Assembly: GCA_032718475.1 (NCBI GenBank)
Contig: JAUCBJ010002129.1
Location: forward strand, 1 to 44,035
Reading direction: 5' to 3'
From: Nemertoderma westbladi
Taxonomy: Eukaryota; Animalia; Xenacoelomorpha
Length of the DNA: 44,035 bases
In this document: positions 21,548 through 33,522 of the stretch, in pieces
Numbering within the stretch: position 1 is the stretch's first letter
How the letters are laid out: each line of letters begins with the position of its first letter
Notes under the pieces: generated by a model
Database searches by the model: none
What the model was told of the DNA's origin: nothing
What the model saw: the letters and a program-made list of their open reading frames with translations, nothing else
Program-made: the position numbers and the translations under genes

Positions 21548-24500
21548 GTTGAAATTGCTGTTTTTATCCTAATCAATTTAATTAACTAATTAACTGCTAT
21601 TATCTTAGCTTCTCGAAGGCCACACGGAAATTCCATTAACATTTGGCTGAGTTATTTACGTTTAAAATTGGACACAATAGAACAACAGAACAACAGACAC
21701 ACCGTTTGAGTTATTGGTAGCTGTATGCTAAGCTCGCCCCACAACAGAGCCACAGAACAACATAATAATAGAATAACAAACACACCGATTGAGTTAGTGG
21801 TACCCGTCCCGTATGCTAAGCTTGCTTACTTACGTGGCTCTCCCCACAGACTCCTGCTAAATGGCTACATTACTAATCATTAAACGTCCTTCCATTTCTT
21901 TCTTATTATTCGAGACAAGGGTGAAACTTGACGCAAATCCCATATCGGCGAATTAATATTTAATTTTAATTTATCACTTAATTAAAGGAAAGGATGACAA
22001 ACAAATCCATTGGAAATAAGGAAAAGCATAGGAACATAACAGAAACGATATGACACAGAATCAGCCAGGGGGAGTTATTTAATATTTATATAAAATAACT
22101 CGTAAAATAAGTAAAATAACACTAATAAAACTAATAAAATAGTTTATATATTACTTTAATAGAATCCCATTTATTGCTTGATATTTTATAGCATTGCACC
22201 TGTTGTTGGTATGTTTCAATGTTCAGAGAGAAGACCCTTTAGCTCAAATTATTTCTATGAGTATTGAGATATTCAAGAACATAAAATGAGGTCCAAATTA
22301 TTTTATTACAATATTTTTCAATCACTACTGGCATACAAGTGAATAGGAGCCCGCTCGACAGCGGGATAATTACTGTAAAAATCTGTAGGATACTTACTGT
22401 AAAAATCTCAGGATATATAACACTGACTGACTGACTGATAATTATCTAGGTTCAGGCACTTCCTGACTGGCGATTTTGATGAAATTTTGATTGTGCATTG
22501 CTTTGGTGGTTCATAATCGCGTTACAAAATATCAGATCGATTCTATGTGTAGTATTCGATATATTTAGTTTTTTGACATTATTTTGTCGCGAAATTAAGA
22601 GCAATGGTAAAATAACAAATCCTGCCTGAGCTGCAGCAGCTAGCTGTGGAGTAGGAACGGTGGAGTGCAGGGCTGTCTGAGATAGAATTCCACCCAGGTG
22701 GAATTTCTTGACTTTGACTACACCCCTCCAGCCTGCCTTTACCTTGTAGGAGCAGCGCTGCTGGCTGAGTCTACACATCCTTTATCAGCTCTCAAGTACA
22801 GACTGAAAATAGTTGAGTTGTCAATAAACATAATAAAATATACAACTGCAGTAGGATTATATTATTATTCCACGAATCCTTGGGCTGATTATTTTGTATG
22901 TAGAAAGTTCTTAAAAATAATATTCTTATTTTTATTATTACATAAGATTAGCATCATTTTTTAGCTGAAGCATTAATAGTGCAAATTAATTTAATTATAT
23001 TTTAATACCATTACTACATTAATGGCATAAGATAAGTTTTACCATTTCTTACAAATATTATAAAACTTAATAGTGGTGCGAGCATAAAACTCAAATCACG
23101 CAAATTTAAAAGAATCGGGTGTGTTGTCATAATATCTATTTCCATAGGTTATTCTGCTTGACTGGGTCTTGGTGCGGCTTTGCTTTTGGGACGGGGTGCT
23201 GATTGAGAGGGGGGTTGAAGTGGAGGGGGGAACTGTCCTCCCTTTTCAACCTTCCTCAAATGCTGACAAAATCAGCTGAACTCGCAGTATACGTTCCCGT
23301 ACCTGGTACAATAACTGACTTTGTTCTTCTTGGTTGAGGTGCCCTCTAAACAGTTGGGCCTCTAGTTTCCCCATAGAGTTGAACTGAGTTGGACGTATCC
23401 TGATGCTGAACGTTTCCAAACTGCAGGATCTTTGGTGTCCTTCGATACTTTCAACTGATGAAGGTCACTCCAAGGAGCCTCTGTCATCCTTAAAGGCTGT
23501 CCTAGGCTGGGAACATTCCATTGAACCTCTACCAACTCTTCCATTGAGTAACCGGCATAGTCGTATTGACAAGGATGTCCTCCTGTACGAGTAACCAAAC
23601 ACACTGATTTGAAACCACTAACACAGATGCGTAACCTGGTACAATTTGTTTAGGTGTAACTGGAAACCCAAATTCATAAACAGATGCTCTAATTTGTAAC
23701 TGATAACTCAATTTGTTACAGAACGCTCAGATTTGTAACCAGGAATTCAAATTTGTATCCGCTACCAGTTGTCTCTTTTATTTCTTTTATTTTCGTATAT
23801 TTAAATTGATTTATTTCTAAACATGGAATAAATTACAGAATTCTCAGGGAGTGAAAAGGGTAGTTGTGTATCAATGGCTTCTTCTAAAAAGTATGTGGAT
23901 TCAAGCGCCAACATCATGGATATTTGTTTTCTGATTCGTAGGAGAAAGGAAATATCTCAATTTCGAAAAATAAAAATGAGAAAAAAAATAAAAAATCTGC
24001 CCAACTTAATGTATATTGTGTAGTGTAATTTCCCCACAAAGGCTCGAAAACTCATATACAACTTCCATATCCCTCCCATCTACTACTGACAGAGACGTTG
24101 AATTTAATTAATAATTGTTTAATCAATACAATTCTATTTCCGGAGTAACGTTATACTAATCTTGCGGGAGGAATGATATACTACATTATACGCAGCATAA
24201 CACCAGTTCAGTTGTGGTACACACAGAATAATGTACAGTAAGTAAAGCGAGTGGAAATTTATGTAGCTAATAACGGAACATTCACTTTGTATACTTGTTT
24301 TTAAAGATAGTTATTATTATTATTACAGAGAAATTACAGATATGTAATAAAAAAACCATGCGAAAATCATATTTAAGGGGGGGGGGGGGGGGGGGGGGTA
24401 CACCATTTCATTTTGGTTCAAAATATGTCGAAATTATTTTTATGATCTATTATTTATAATGCACGATTAAATGGTCTTTCCAAATCTGAAAACCGCTATT

Positions 24501-24639
24501 TAATAACTCTTTTAGTTTTCAAATTATAACAAATTCCATTTAGGGTGACCTATTGAAATTACTATTACTATATATATCGGGGACTTACGGGAAATGTTTT
24601 TGGCTGACTTAAAACGAAAACACAAACATTTTATAAAAT

Positions 24640-25415
24640 TCTATGCATTCTTGAGGGAGAATAAGTCGATGCCTGCGTCCTAAACGCAATCCTCTACAAT
24701 TGTGAATCTTGGGGCTACCAAAATTTATCTGTTCTAGAACAAAAATATCGAAAAGCTCTGAAAACTATGCTCGGAGTAAAAGCTTCAACTCCAAATGAGT
24801 TCGTTTACATTGAACTTGGACACCCCACGATTTATGCTATTATAAAGGCTCGCACTGTCAGTCTGACCAAACGACTCGGTACAGAGAACCACGATGACGA
24901 AGACCCGCTATCATCATTATTACTGAGCGACGAAGGCAATATTGAAAGGTCTACCCTACGTCATACATACGGGACTGCAGCAATATCTCAAACGCCAAGG
25001 ATGTTGAGAACGAATCGCTGAACACGATGAAGTCGAACATCCGGAGGAAAGCCGATGAGGGAAAAACGAAATATCACCTACAGAATCTCGGGGTAAATCC
25101 TTCTCTATCGAGACCATCCTTGTACAATCACATGTACTCCTCTCCAGATATTACTGCCTATGCCCGTATTCGAACAAGCTCTCATGAGCTTGCTATCGAA
25201 AAGGGTAGATACACAAGAGTACCTCGTGATGAACGGCTTTGTAGCTGCGGCAAAATAGAGGATGAGGAACACTTCATCCTCTAGTGTCCCAAATATTCCC
25301 TAACACGCGACGACTTCATAGGACATCTCAGCACACCTCCATCGATAGCCGATGTCCTCGCATTTTCAGGATGTCCAACATTTATATCAAAACTTTTCCA
25401 TGAAACAAAATAAAA
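24640..25415 (+). pseudogene. 3' fragment of a non-LTR retrotransposon ORF2 (RTE-X-like post-RT region and Cys/His motif)
   Basis: ILYNCESWG, MLGVKASTPNEFVYIELG, RIRTSSHELAIEKGRY..PRDERLCSCGKIEDEEHFIL*CP; frameshifted. Confidence 0.8.
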
Positions 25416-25994
25416 CGTAATTTTATAATTTACTAAACGGGGTCAACGACCCCAGTATTTATTTTAATCTAATTTATATTTATTCCATATGACGTTAAGA
25501 ACTTACATCCGCAGTTCATATAAATTATGCACCAAATTATTTTGCCAAACAAACCCTATGATTTCTTTATAGTAAAGCTCTGGATTCTTTATTGACCTAT
25601 ATATTTATTTATAGATTTAGTTATTCTTTATGATCATTTAATTTATTAAAGCCCTTGATTCGTTAATGACTTACATATACACTTACGTATCTATTTACTT
25701 TTTCTTTATGATGTTCCACTAAAGCTTATTTCTGCATTTAATTTATAACTATTGACCTATTTAATCAATTTCTATTTCTGCATTTAATTTATAACTATTG
25801 ACCTATTTAATCAATTTCTATATTCTCACTAACTGTCGTTATATTTCTCGGACTATATCGACATTTTGTGCTGTCTTGTTATATTAAGTTATTATTGCCA
25901 ATATATAAAACACAATGAAGCACACTAACTAAATTAATATAAACTACCTACCTAACTATATACAAAAGTACAAAATCAGTCTAACCCACTGAGT

Positions 25995-28190
25995 CAGTAG
26001 GGGGCGCGGGGGCAGCTGGCGACAAAACCTCGTCGTGGAGGCTGTCGGACAGAGGGTCCATGGAGCCGAGGATGGAGGCCGTGTTGCCGATCAAGATGGC
26101 CACGAGGAGCATTGGAGGAGGAACCAATGGGATCGCGGCTCCCGGCCGGTAGATAGGCCTGGACCCATGCTGGGTCTGAGATCCGGGTGTTCGCTATCTC
26201 CTGGTGGGCACCCCGCAGAGTTGAGTCGTACTCCTCCAGGAGTCCCAGGTGCTGGAAGCAAGGCGCGGCACGGAGGAAGTAGGTGAGCCGGGGGATGGCG
26301 AAGGAATGACGGAGGAGGAAGTACGCATGCTGAGAGTCGAGGAGGTGCAGCCGGCTGGCGAGCATGGTGAGGTCTCCCGCCTTTTCCTGAAGGCAGGATA
26401 CGGTGCCGGCGACCACGATGGGGGCACCGAGCATCGTCAGGTACTCGAGCGGGCGGACCTGGATGCCCGCACAGACCTCGTCGAAATTGCCATGGATGCG
26501 CGCGCGGGACTCATCGGACTCGGCTCCGAGGAAGAAGAGTTCACTCTTGTGAACTCGTGGTTGATAACGAGTCCGCACTTTCTCCCATCCTCTATCACCA
26601 CACGTAAATTCTCCAGAACAACTCGGTAGTCGCCGGCGAGGTTCCCGTCGTCCAGGTACCAGACGTTAAAACTCGACTTCAGCGACTGGATGGTTGGGTT
26701 CACCATGTTGCCGAACAGTCGAGGTCCGTCGGAGTCCCCCTGTTGAACTCCCTCGTCGGAGAGGAGGGTCTCCTCCCCATAGATGAGGGAGCTGGGTTCT
26801 CCGTATGCCGCCAGCGTGTAGTTGTACACGCTGGGGTAACGCTGGTACACAGTCTCGAGGAGGGTGTCTCGCCGTACCGAGTTGAAGGCATTGCTGAAGT
26901 CGACCTTCAGCAACACAGACCCCGGAAAGTTGTCCTCCGCGGCGAGTGACCGCGCCGCGTGGGCGGACGCCTCCGCGCCGCATGGGCGGCCACCTCCGCG
27001 CCGTTCTTTGTCCCAATCCCGAGCTGGACGCTCCCGTACGACTCCATCCGTTCCTCTTTGGTGATTTCCCCCACGAACTTTGAGTTTAGGTGCCGTAGGG
27101 TGTTGCCCACCGCGACGGGGCGGACTCCACCCCCTTGCTTGGAGAAACCAAACAGGTTGGTGCCAAAGAACGTGGGGTGAATGGATTCCGGAATGGTACT
27201 ACTACTAGGATTGGCATGCTGCATTGCAGCTGCATTTTTAAGAATGCTGTGCCGGCTTATTGACAAAATTGCACCACCACAACTCCCTATCACCCATGAC
27301 ATTTGCTAGATCATCCACATCTTCAAGGCCAGTGTCCTTTAAGATGCGTCTCAAGAAAGTCATGGGCTGTCCATCATGCTTATTCACTCCATGAGGCTGC
27401 CAAAGTACAAGATTATGCACTGGATGGTCCTCACGGCGAAAGCAATGTCCTGCAAAGCGGAGGCGATTTTGTTCTTGTGTCAAGCTTGGGGGAACCAATG
27501 AGACACCTCCAATGTTATATAGTGTCTGGTTGGAGATGTGTGCATTGAACTTGACACAATGAACCCGGCATAGCATTCTTGTGAATGTGCCGTCCAGAGA
27601 TTTGGTGTCCTCAGCAGTTAGAGCCGGCGGCCACAACGTTGATGAACCGGGAGAGACTAGAGACGAGTCGGTTTCCAGCTTCTCCATTCGTGTGGCCGAT
27701 AAGATCTTTCAAGATCTGCAGCCGCATTCCGTCGGGGCCGCCGGCGCTGCTGCATGGGAATGATGCAACGAGTTTCCTGACTACCGCGGGCGAGCAGGGG
27801 GGAGTTGTTGGGGTTGCCACGGGAGGTGGAGGAGTCCGTCGGTTGTCCGGTCGGGAGGGGTGCTTCAACTTCAGCCTCTCCAAAGTCTCTGGTGTGTTGG
27901 GCGCCATGGAGTCTTTAGAAGACACCAGGCGAATGGCGCCCTTCACATCGCCATCCTCAATCTTCTCTGCCACCGCTGCAGCGAGACGGATGGAGTCGTC
28001 TCGTTTTTTGGGCCGGCGGGATCTGGTGGTGGTGGATCGGGATTCCAGTGGTTGGTGTAGGTTGCTCCGGAACTCGCATATCAGCCCGTTGATCTGGGAC
28101 GCGAGGGATCGAGTGTGCCGTCGGCCCCCATGCTTAGGGGCGGGAATACAGCGGTGGCAGACAAGGAGGAGGTTGAAGGAGGAAATTAAA
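25995..28190 (-). pseudogene. GC-rich CRE-like non-LTR retrotransposon RT region, frameshifted and interrupted
   Basis: EDGDVKGAIR, LKLKHP, SAGGPDGMR, GGVRPVAVGNTLR, QLGIG, LKVDFSNAFNSVRRD, GVQQGD, VWYLDDG, LGAPI, IPRLTYFLR. Confidence 0.9.
27197..27622 (-). mobile_element. 5'-truncated RTE-clade LINE 3' end with a (TAG)n tail, inserted in the CRE-like element
   Basis: KSLDGTFTRML, HISNQTLY, RLRFAGHCFR, LVLWQP, KDTGL, MGDRELW, then TAGTAGTAG. The host protein reads FINVVAAG on one side and TIPESIHP on the other. Confidence 0.85.
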
Positions 28191-28532
28191 GAAGGTTGGT
28201 TGTAGCTGAGTCAGTCAGTCCAGCAGTATTCCAGTAGTATTCCAGCTGTATTCCAGTAGTAATACATCCGTAGATTGAAGGATGAATTTAAAAGCAATAT
28301 TTATATGTGTTTGAATCTATAATTTACTGTTGCAATTATTAGTCAATATTAAACATACATACATACATAATTAGGTACCTATATTCTAAATTATAGCCCA
28401 AACCATACAATTTTGAAACGGTGAGAGTGATAAATCGAAGAGTTGTCCGAAAATGGTGTACCCCCCACTGCGATAAATTAAGAGCCAGTCACAAATAGCA
28501 GTAAATTATTATTGCTGCACTAATACGGCAAG

Positions 28533-31090
28533 AATCGGCATGCTGCACTATTACTGCAATAATCGACATGATGCACATACTACTGCATTAATCGGCATGT
28601 TGCACTGCTACTGCAATAATCGGCATGCTGCACTATTACTAAAATAATCGTCATGCTGCACAATTACTACAATAATTGGCATGCTGCACTACTACTACAA
28701 TAATCGGCATCATGCACTGCTACTACAATAATCGTCATGCTGCACTATTACTACAATAATTGGCATGCTGCACTGCTACTGCAATAATCGGCATGCTGCA
28801 CTATTACTACAATAATCGGCATGATGCACTACTACTGCAATAATCGTCATGCTGCACTATTACTACAATAATTGGCATGCTGCACTGCTATTGCAATAAT
28901 CGGCATGCTGCACTATTACTACAATAATCGGTATGATGCACTATTACTAAAATAATCGGCATGCTGCACTATTACTAAAATAATCGTCATACTGCACAAT
29001 TACTACAATAATTGGCATGCTGCACTACTACTACAATAATCGGCATCATGCACTGCTACTACAATAATCGTCATGCTGCACTATTACTACAATAATTGGC
29101 ATGCTGCACTGCTACTGCAATAATCGGCATGCTGCACTATTACTACAATAATCGGCATGATGCACTACTACTGCAATAATCGTCATGCTGCACTATTACT
29201 ACAATAATTGGCATGCTGCACTGCTACTGCAATAATCGGCATTCTGCACTATTACTACAATAATCGGTATGCTGCACTGCTACTGCAATAATCGTCATGC
29301 TGCACTATTACTACAATAATTGGCATGCTGCACTGCTATTGCAATAATCGGCATGCTGCACTATTACTACAATAATCGGCATGATGCACTATTACTAAAA
29401 TAATCGTCATGCTGCACTACTACTACAATAATCGGCATCATGCACTGCTACTACAATAATCGTCATGCTGCACTATTACTACAATAATTGGCATGCTGCA
29501 CTGCTACTGCAATAATCGGCATTCTGCACTATTACTACAATAATCGGTATGCTGCACTGCTACTGCAATAATCGTCATGCTGCACTATTACTGCATTAAT
29601 CGGCATGCTGCACTGCTACTGCAATAATCGTCATGCTGCACTACTACTACAATAATTGGCATGCTGTACTGCTACTGCAATAATCGTCATGCTGCACTAC
29701 TACTACAATAATTGGCATGCTGCACTGCTATTGCAATAATCGGCATGCTGCACTATTATTACAATAATCGGCATGATGCACTATTACTAAAATAATCGTC
29801 ATGCTGCACTATTACTGCAATAATCGTCATGCTGCACTATTACTACAATAATTGGCATGCTGCACTGCTATTGCAATAATCGGCATGCTGCACTATTACT
29901 ACAATAATTGGCATGCTGCACTGCTACTGCAATAATCGGCATGATGCACTACTACTGCAATAATCGTCATGCTGCACTATTACTACAATAATTGGCATGC
30001 TGTACTGCTACTGCAATAATCGTCATGCTGCACTACTACTACAATAATTGGCATGCTGCACTGCTATTGCAATAATCGGCATCATGCACTGCTACTACAA
30101 TAATCGTCATGCTGCACTATTACTACAATAATTGGCATGCTGCACTGCTACTGCAATAATCGGCATTCTGCACTATTACTACAATAATCGGTATGCTGCA
30201 CTGCTACTGCAATAATCGGCATGATGCACTACTACTGCAATAATCGTCATTCTGCACTATTACTACAATAATTGGCATGCTGTACTGCTACTGCAATAAT
30301 CGTCATGCTGCACTACTACTACAATAATTGGCATGCTGCACTGCTATTGCAATAATCGGCATGCTGCACTATTATTACAATAATCGGCATGATGCACTAT
30401 TACTAAAATAATCGTCATGCTGCACTACTACTGCAATAATCGGCATGATGCACTACTACTGCAATAATCGTCATGCTGCACTATTACTACAATAATTGGC
30501 ATGCTGCACTGCTACTGCAATAATCGTCATGCTGCACTATTACTACAATAATTGGCATGCTGCACTGCTACTGCAATAATCGACATGCTGCACTATTACT
30601 ACAATAATTGGCATGCTGCACTGCTACTGCAATAATCGGCATGCTGCACTATTACTACAATAATTGGCATGCTGCACTGCTACTGCAATAATCGGCATGC
30701 TGCACTATTACTACAATAATTGGCATGCTGCACTACCACTACAATATCGACATGCTGCACTGCTACTACAATAATCGTCATGCTGCACAATTACTACAAT
30801 ATCGACATGATGCACTATTACTACAATAATTGGCATGCTGCACTGCTACTGCAATAATCGGCATGCTGCACTATTACTACAATAATTGGCATGCTGCACT
30901 GCTACTGCAATAATCGGCATGCTGCACTATTACTACAATAATTGGCATGCTGCACTGCTACTGCAATAATCGGCATGCTGCACTATTACTACAATAATTG
31001 GCATGCTGCACTATTACTGCATTAATCGGCATGCTGCATTGCTACTGCAATAATCGGCATGCTGCACTGCTACTACGATAATCGTCATGC
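28533..31090. repeat. 28-bp minisatellite (~90 units)
   Basis: Unit AATAATCGGCATGCTGCACTATTACTAC with alternating variants that give a 56-bp dimer. Confidence 0.98.
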
Positions 31091-31575
31091 TTGATGCATT
31101 ATGATTGCTATGACTACTTAGCAATAAAATTATGCTGCCACAATTTAATCCACAATCGGCATTTTTGCATTATCCGAGCCATGTACCATAAACCTATATG
31201 GGTAGCTGCCTGTTCTCATTGGTTAGAATCTGTCATTTTGTTCAATAAAAATGTTTCAAGACTAAAAAAATTATGGTGATAGTGTCGAAGTTATTATAAT
31301 CACTTTTATATATTTAAATAATTTAATATCTTTCGCATCTACGTAATCTTTGGCCATATCATCTGTCAAACAGATGGTTACAATAATCACTTTTTATGAA
31401 TTATGATTTTTTAAATTTATAATTATAATATTATTTAATCGTTGCATTATTATTGGCATTTCAGAAATCTGGGAAATTATATACATAATATTTTAACCTA
31501 TAATTACTCCTATGGACATTACCGGCTACATGTAAGGACAATTACTCCTAACAACATTTTGGGCGAAAGAGTAAC

Positions 31576-32232
31576 ATGGATATCGAGTTCGCGAAAATAA
31601 TATTGGTCGCGGTTTCTATATTGACAGAGAAAGTTATAGATGTGTCTACCACTGCTACTTGTTTTTATAGACGCACCCTGATTACCTATACGACCGCTCA
31701 TCCCGACGTGTTCCCAGATGTCGATTGGTATGTAGAACACCCAGGTTCCAGTGAAACAGATTGCTCCACCTGTGCTTTGATATTCAATCAATTGCCAGGA
31801 AAATTTTCCTTAAACAACGACAACATGAAAGGTTTGATGTACACGAGGTACGAATACTGCGTTCGTGATGAATGCAAGGATTACAAAGAAGACGAATGTA
31901 TGCTGGTGTATCAGGATTCCCTTCAAGAGATTGGATCAACGTACAGCATCGAGATGACACATCCAAGCTGCCAGCAGATCTGTTGCAACGGCACAGAAGC
32001 CTGCAACAAAGTAGAAGACGTGATGTGGGAACACGATTATCTGTACCCAAATGGAACCGTGAATTGGAATGATCCCATGTTTGATCCTGTTACAACAGAA
32101 CCACCAAATACCACAGAGGCAGAGCCCACGACAACGGCTGAAATATTCACAACAGCTAGTTTGGCGAAACACCTCAATGGAGTTGATTATATTCTGCTGA
32201 CATTAACAACAATTACTATTAACTTCTACTGA
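31576..32232 (+). CDS. Putative secreted/GPI-anchored Ly6/uPAR (three-finger, quiver-like) protein with a Thr-rich stalk
   Basis: 218-aa intact ORF in AT-rich flanks: hydrophobic N-terminus, 10 Cys ending in CCNGTEACN, N-glycosylation sequons (NGT twice, NTT), TTEPPNTTEAEPTTT stalk and a hydrophobic C-terminal tail. Confidence 0.75.
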   Translation: MDIEFAKIILVAVSILTEKVIDVSTTATCFYRRTLITYTTAHPDVFPDVDWYVEHPGSSETDCSTCALIFNQLPGKFSLNNDNMKGLMYTRYEYCVRDECKDYKEDECMLVYQDSLQEIGSTYSIEMTHPSCQQICCNGTEACNKVEDVMWEHDYLYPNGTVNWNDPMFDPVTTEPPNTTEAEPTTTAEIFTTASLAKHLNGVDYILLTLTTITINFY

Positions 32233-32639
32233 TGTACAATAATCGCCGCTGCCTGAAAATGATTATTTAATTAAAAGCTACGAAGTTTGAACTTTTATGT
32301 TTATTCTCTAGATATTGGGAAATTTACTGAAAACTATTTATTGAATTAACTCAAGTCCACGACCACCATTGTGTTATATACATCTGTTTCTACACCTTTC
32401 TTTGTGTTCCTTACATCTGTTAGAGCATCTCAGTGTATAATAATAGTGTATAGTAATATAATGTATCCCAGTTATACATGTATCTCGGGTCACCTATAAC
32501 ACAAGACGGGAAAGTCCAAAGTGCAATCACAATCCACCTGAAGGAAAAGGAGTGCCATAAAAATAAATACAACGCGTTTTTGGCCAAAAATTACAACTCC
32601 CCATTTTGGGTCTAAAGGAAAGAAATGGACGCAGCACTA

Positions 32640-33180
32640 TTATCTTAATTTTATATGGCTCCGAAACATGGCTAACAGAACAACTACAGAGTGTAGAATC
32701 AATGTATGTAGACGTTATAAAGTCCTGCCTTGGGGTCCGTAAATCGTGTTCTAATGATCTATGTCTAGTTGAATTACGAATTCCCTCCGTAAAAGCTCCA
32801 ATTAAGTCCAGACAGAGGCTTTTCATTTCGTTTGTCTCTAAGACTATAAGAATGGACCACTACTGTTTGCTCTAAACTTGGCTAGATCGCTACGTAGCCC
32901 CATGGCGCTATACTGTTGGCCATGGAATCTGACCCTATCAAAACGGACATGTCAGATCGCATAAACAGACTTTCGAGAGACACAAGCTCTCCAAAAACTG
33001 AAATATATAGAAAAATACATCCAGAACTAAAAGTAAATACGAAAATATATAATGAAAAAGTAAGTAATAACGAAGTCCACCGTCTCTTGTGGACACGGAG
33101 CCGTTTATCGGCCCACAAACTGCGCATAGAGACCGGGAGGTGGTCATGTATTCCACGTGAGCGACGCATATGCCATTGTA
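32640..33180 (+). pseudogene. 3' fragment of an RTE-X-like non-LTR ORF2
   Basis: ILYGSETW, CLGVRKSCSNDLCLVEL, TRSRLSAHKLRIETGRWSCIPRERRICHC. Confidence 0.8.
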
Positions 33181-33196
33181 TATGTTATAGTGCATT

Positions 33197-33360
33197 ATGA
33201 TAATGCTCTCCATAGCGTAAAATATCAACCGCCCCTATTGGGGCTCGAACCCGGTTACCTAGGTTTCAAACTTCCGGTTATCATCAGCCGAGTGTGTGTC
33301 CTAAGACCACTGAGCTACCAGGGCGGTAGAAGATTTTTTCACTATGGAGTGGGCTATCAT
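33197..33360 (-). mobile_element. Second IR-bounded tRNA-like Pol III unit with an embedded hammerhead
   Basis: Minus strand A box TAGCTCAGTGG (33307-33317), B box GGTTCGAGCCC (33241-33251), acceptor-like ACCGCCC/GGGCGGT pairing extended by imperfect IRs ATGATA..CTCCATAG..ACCGCCC, and a downstream T4. Confidence 0.7.
33249..33293 (-). ncRNA. Type I hammerhead ribozyme-like motif
   Basis: Minus strand ACTCGG CTGATGA TAAC-CGGAA-GTTT GAAAC CTAG GTA A CCGGGT. Stem III is the palindrome ACCTAGGT; stem II closes with U-U and there is one extra A after the GUA. Confidence 0.65.
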
Positions 33361-33435
33361 ATACTGTCATATCACATGTCATATCACATACTATCATATA
33401 TTGTACTTTCCTATGAGTGACTGAAAAAGGCCTAA

Positions 33436-33521
33436 ATATGATAGCCCACTCCATAGTGAAATAATCTTCTACCGCCCTGGTAGCTCAGTGGTCTTAGGAC
33501 ACACACTCAGCTGATGATAAC
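33436..33521 (+). repeat. Inverted, truncated second copy of the 33.2-kb element (ends at CTGATGATAAC)
   Basis: Near-identical reverse complement of about 33277-33362; abuts the LINE RT. Confidence 0.9.
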
Positions 33522-33522
33522 A

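Noticed and set aside
23160-23711. Possible exon or coding relic
   Set aside because: Higher GC but only short ORFs, no recognisable motif and no convincing splice context.
14744-31090. 50-bp and 28-bp arrays as CRISPR-like
   Set aside because: No unique spacers (the whole unit repeats), no cas genes, and a eukaryotic context.
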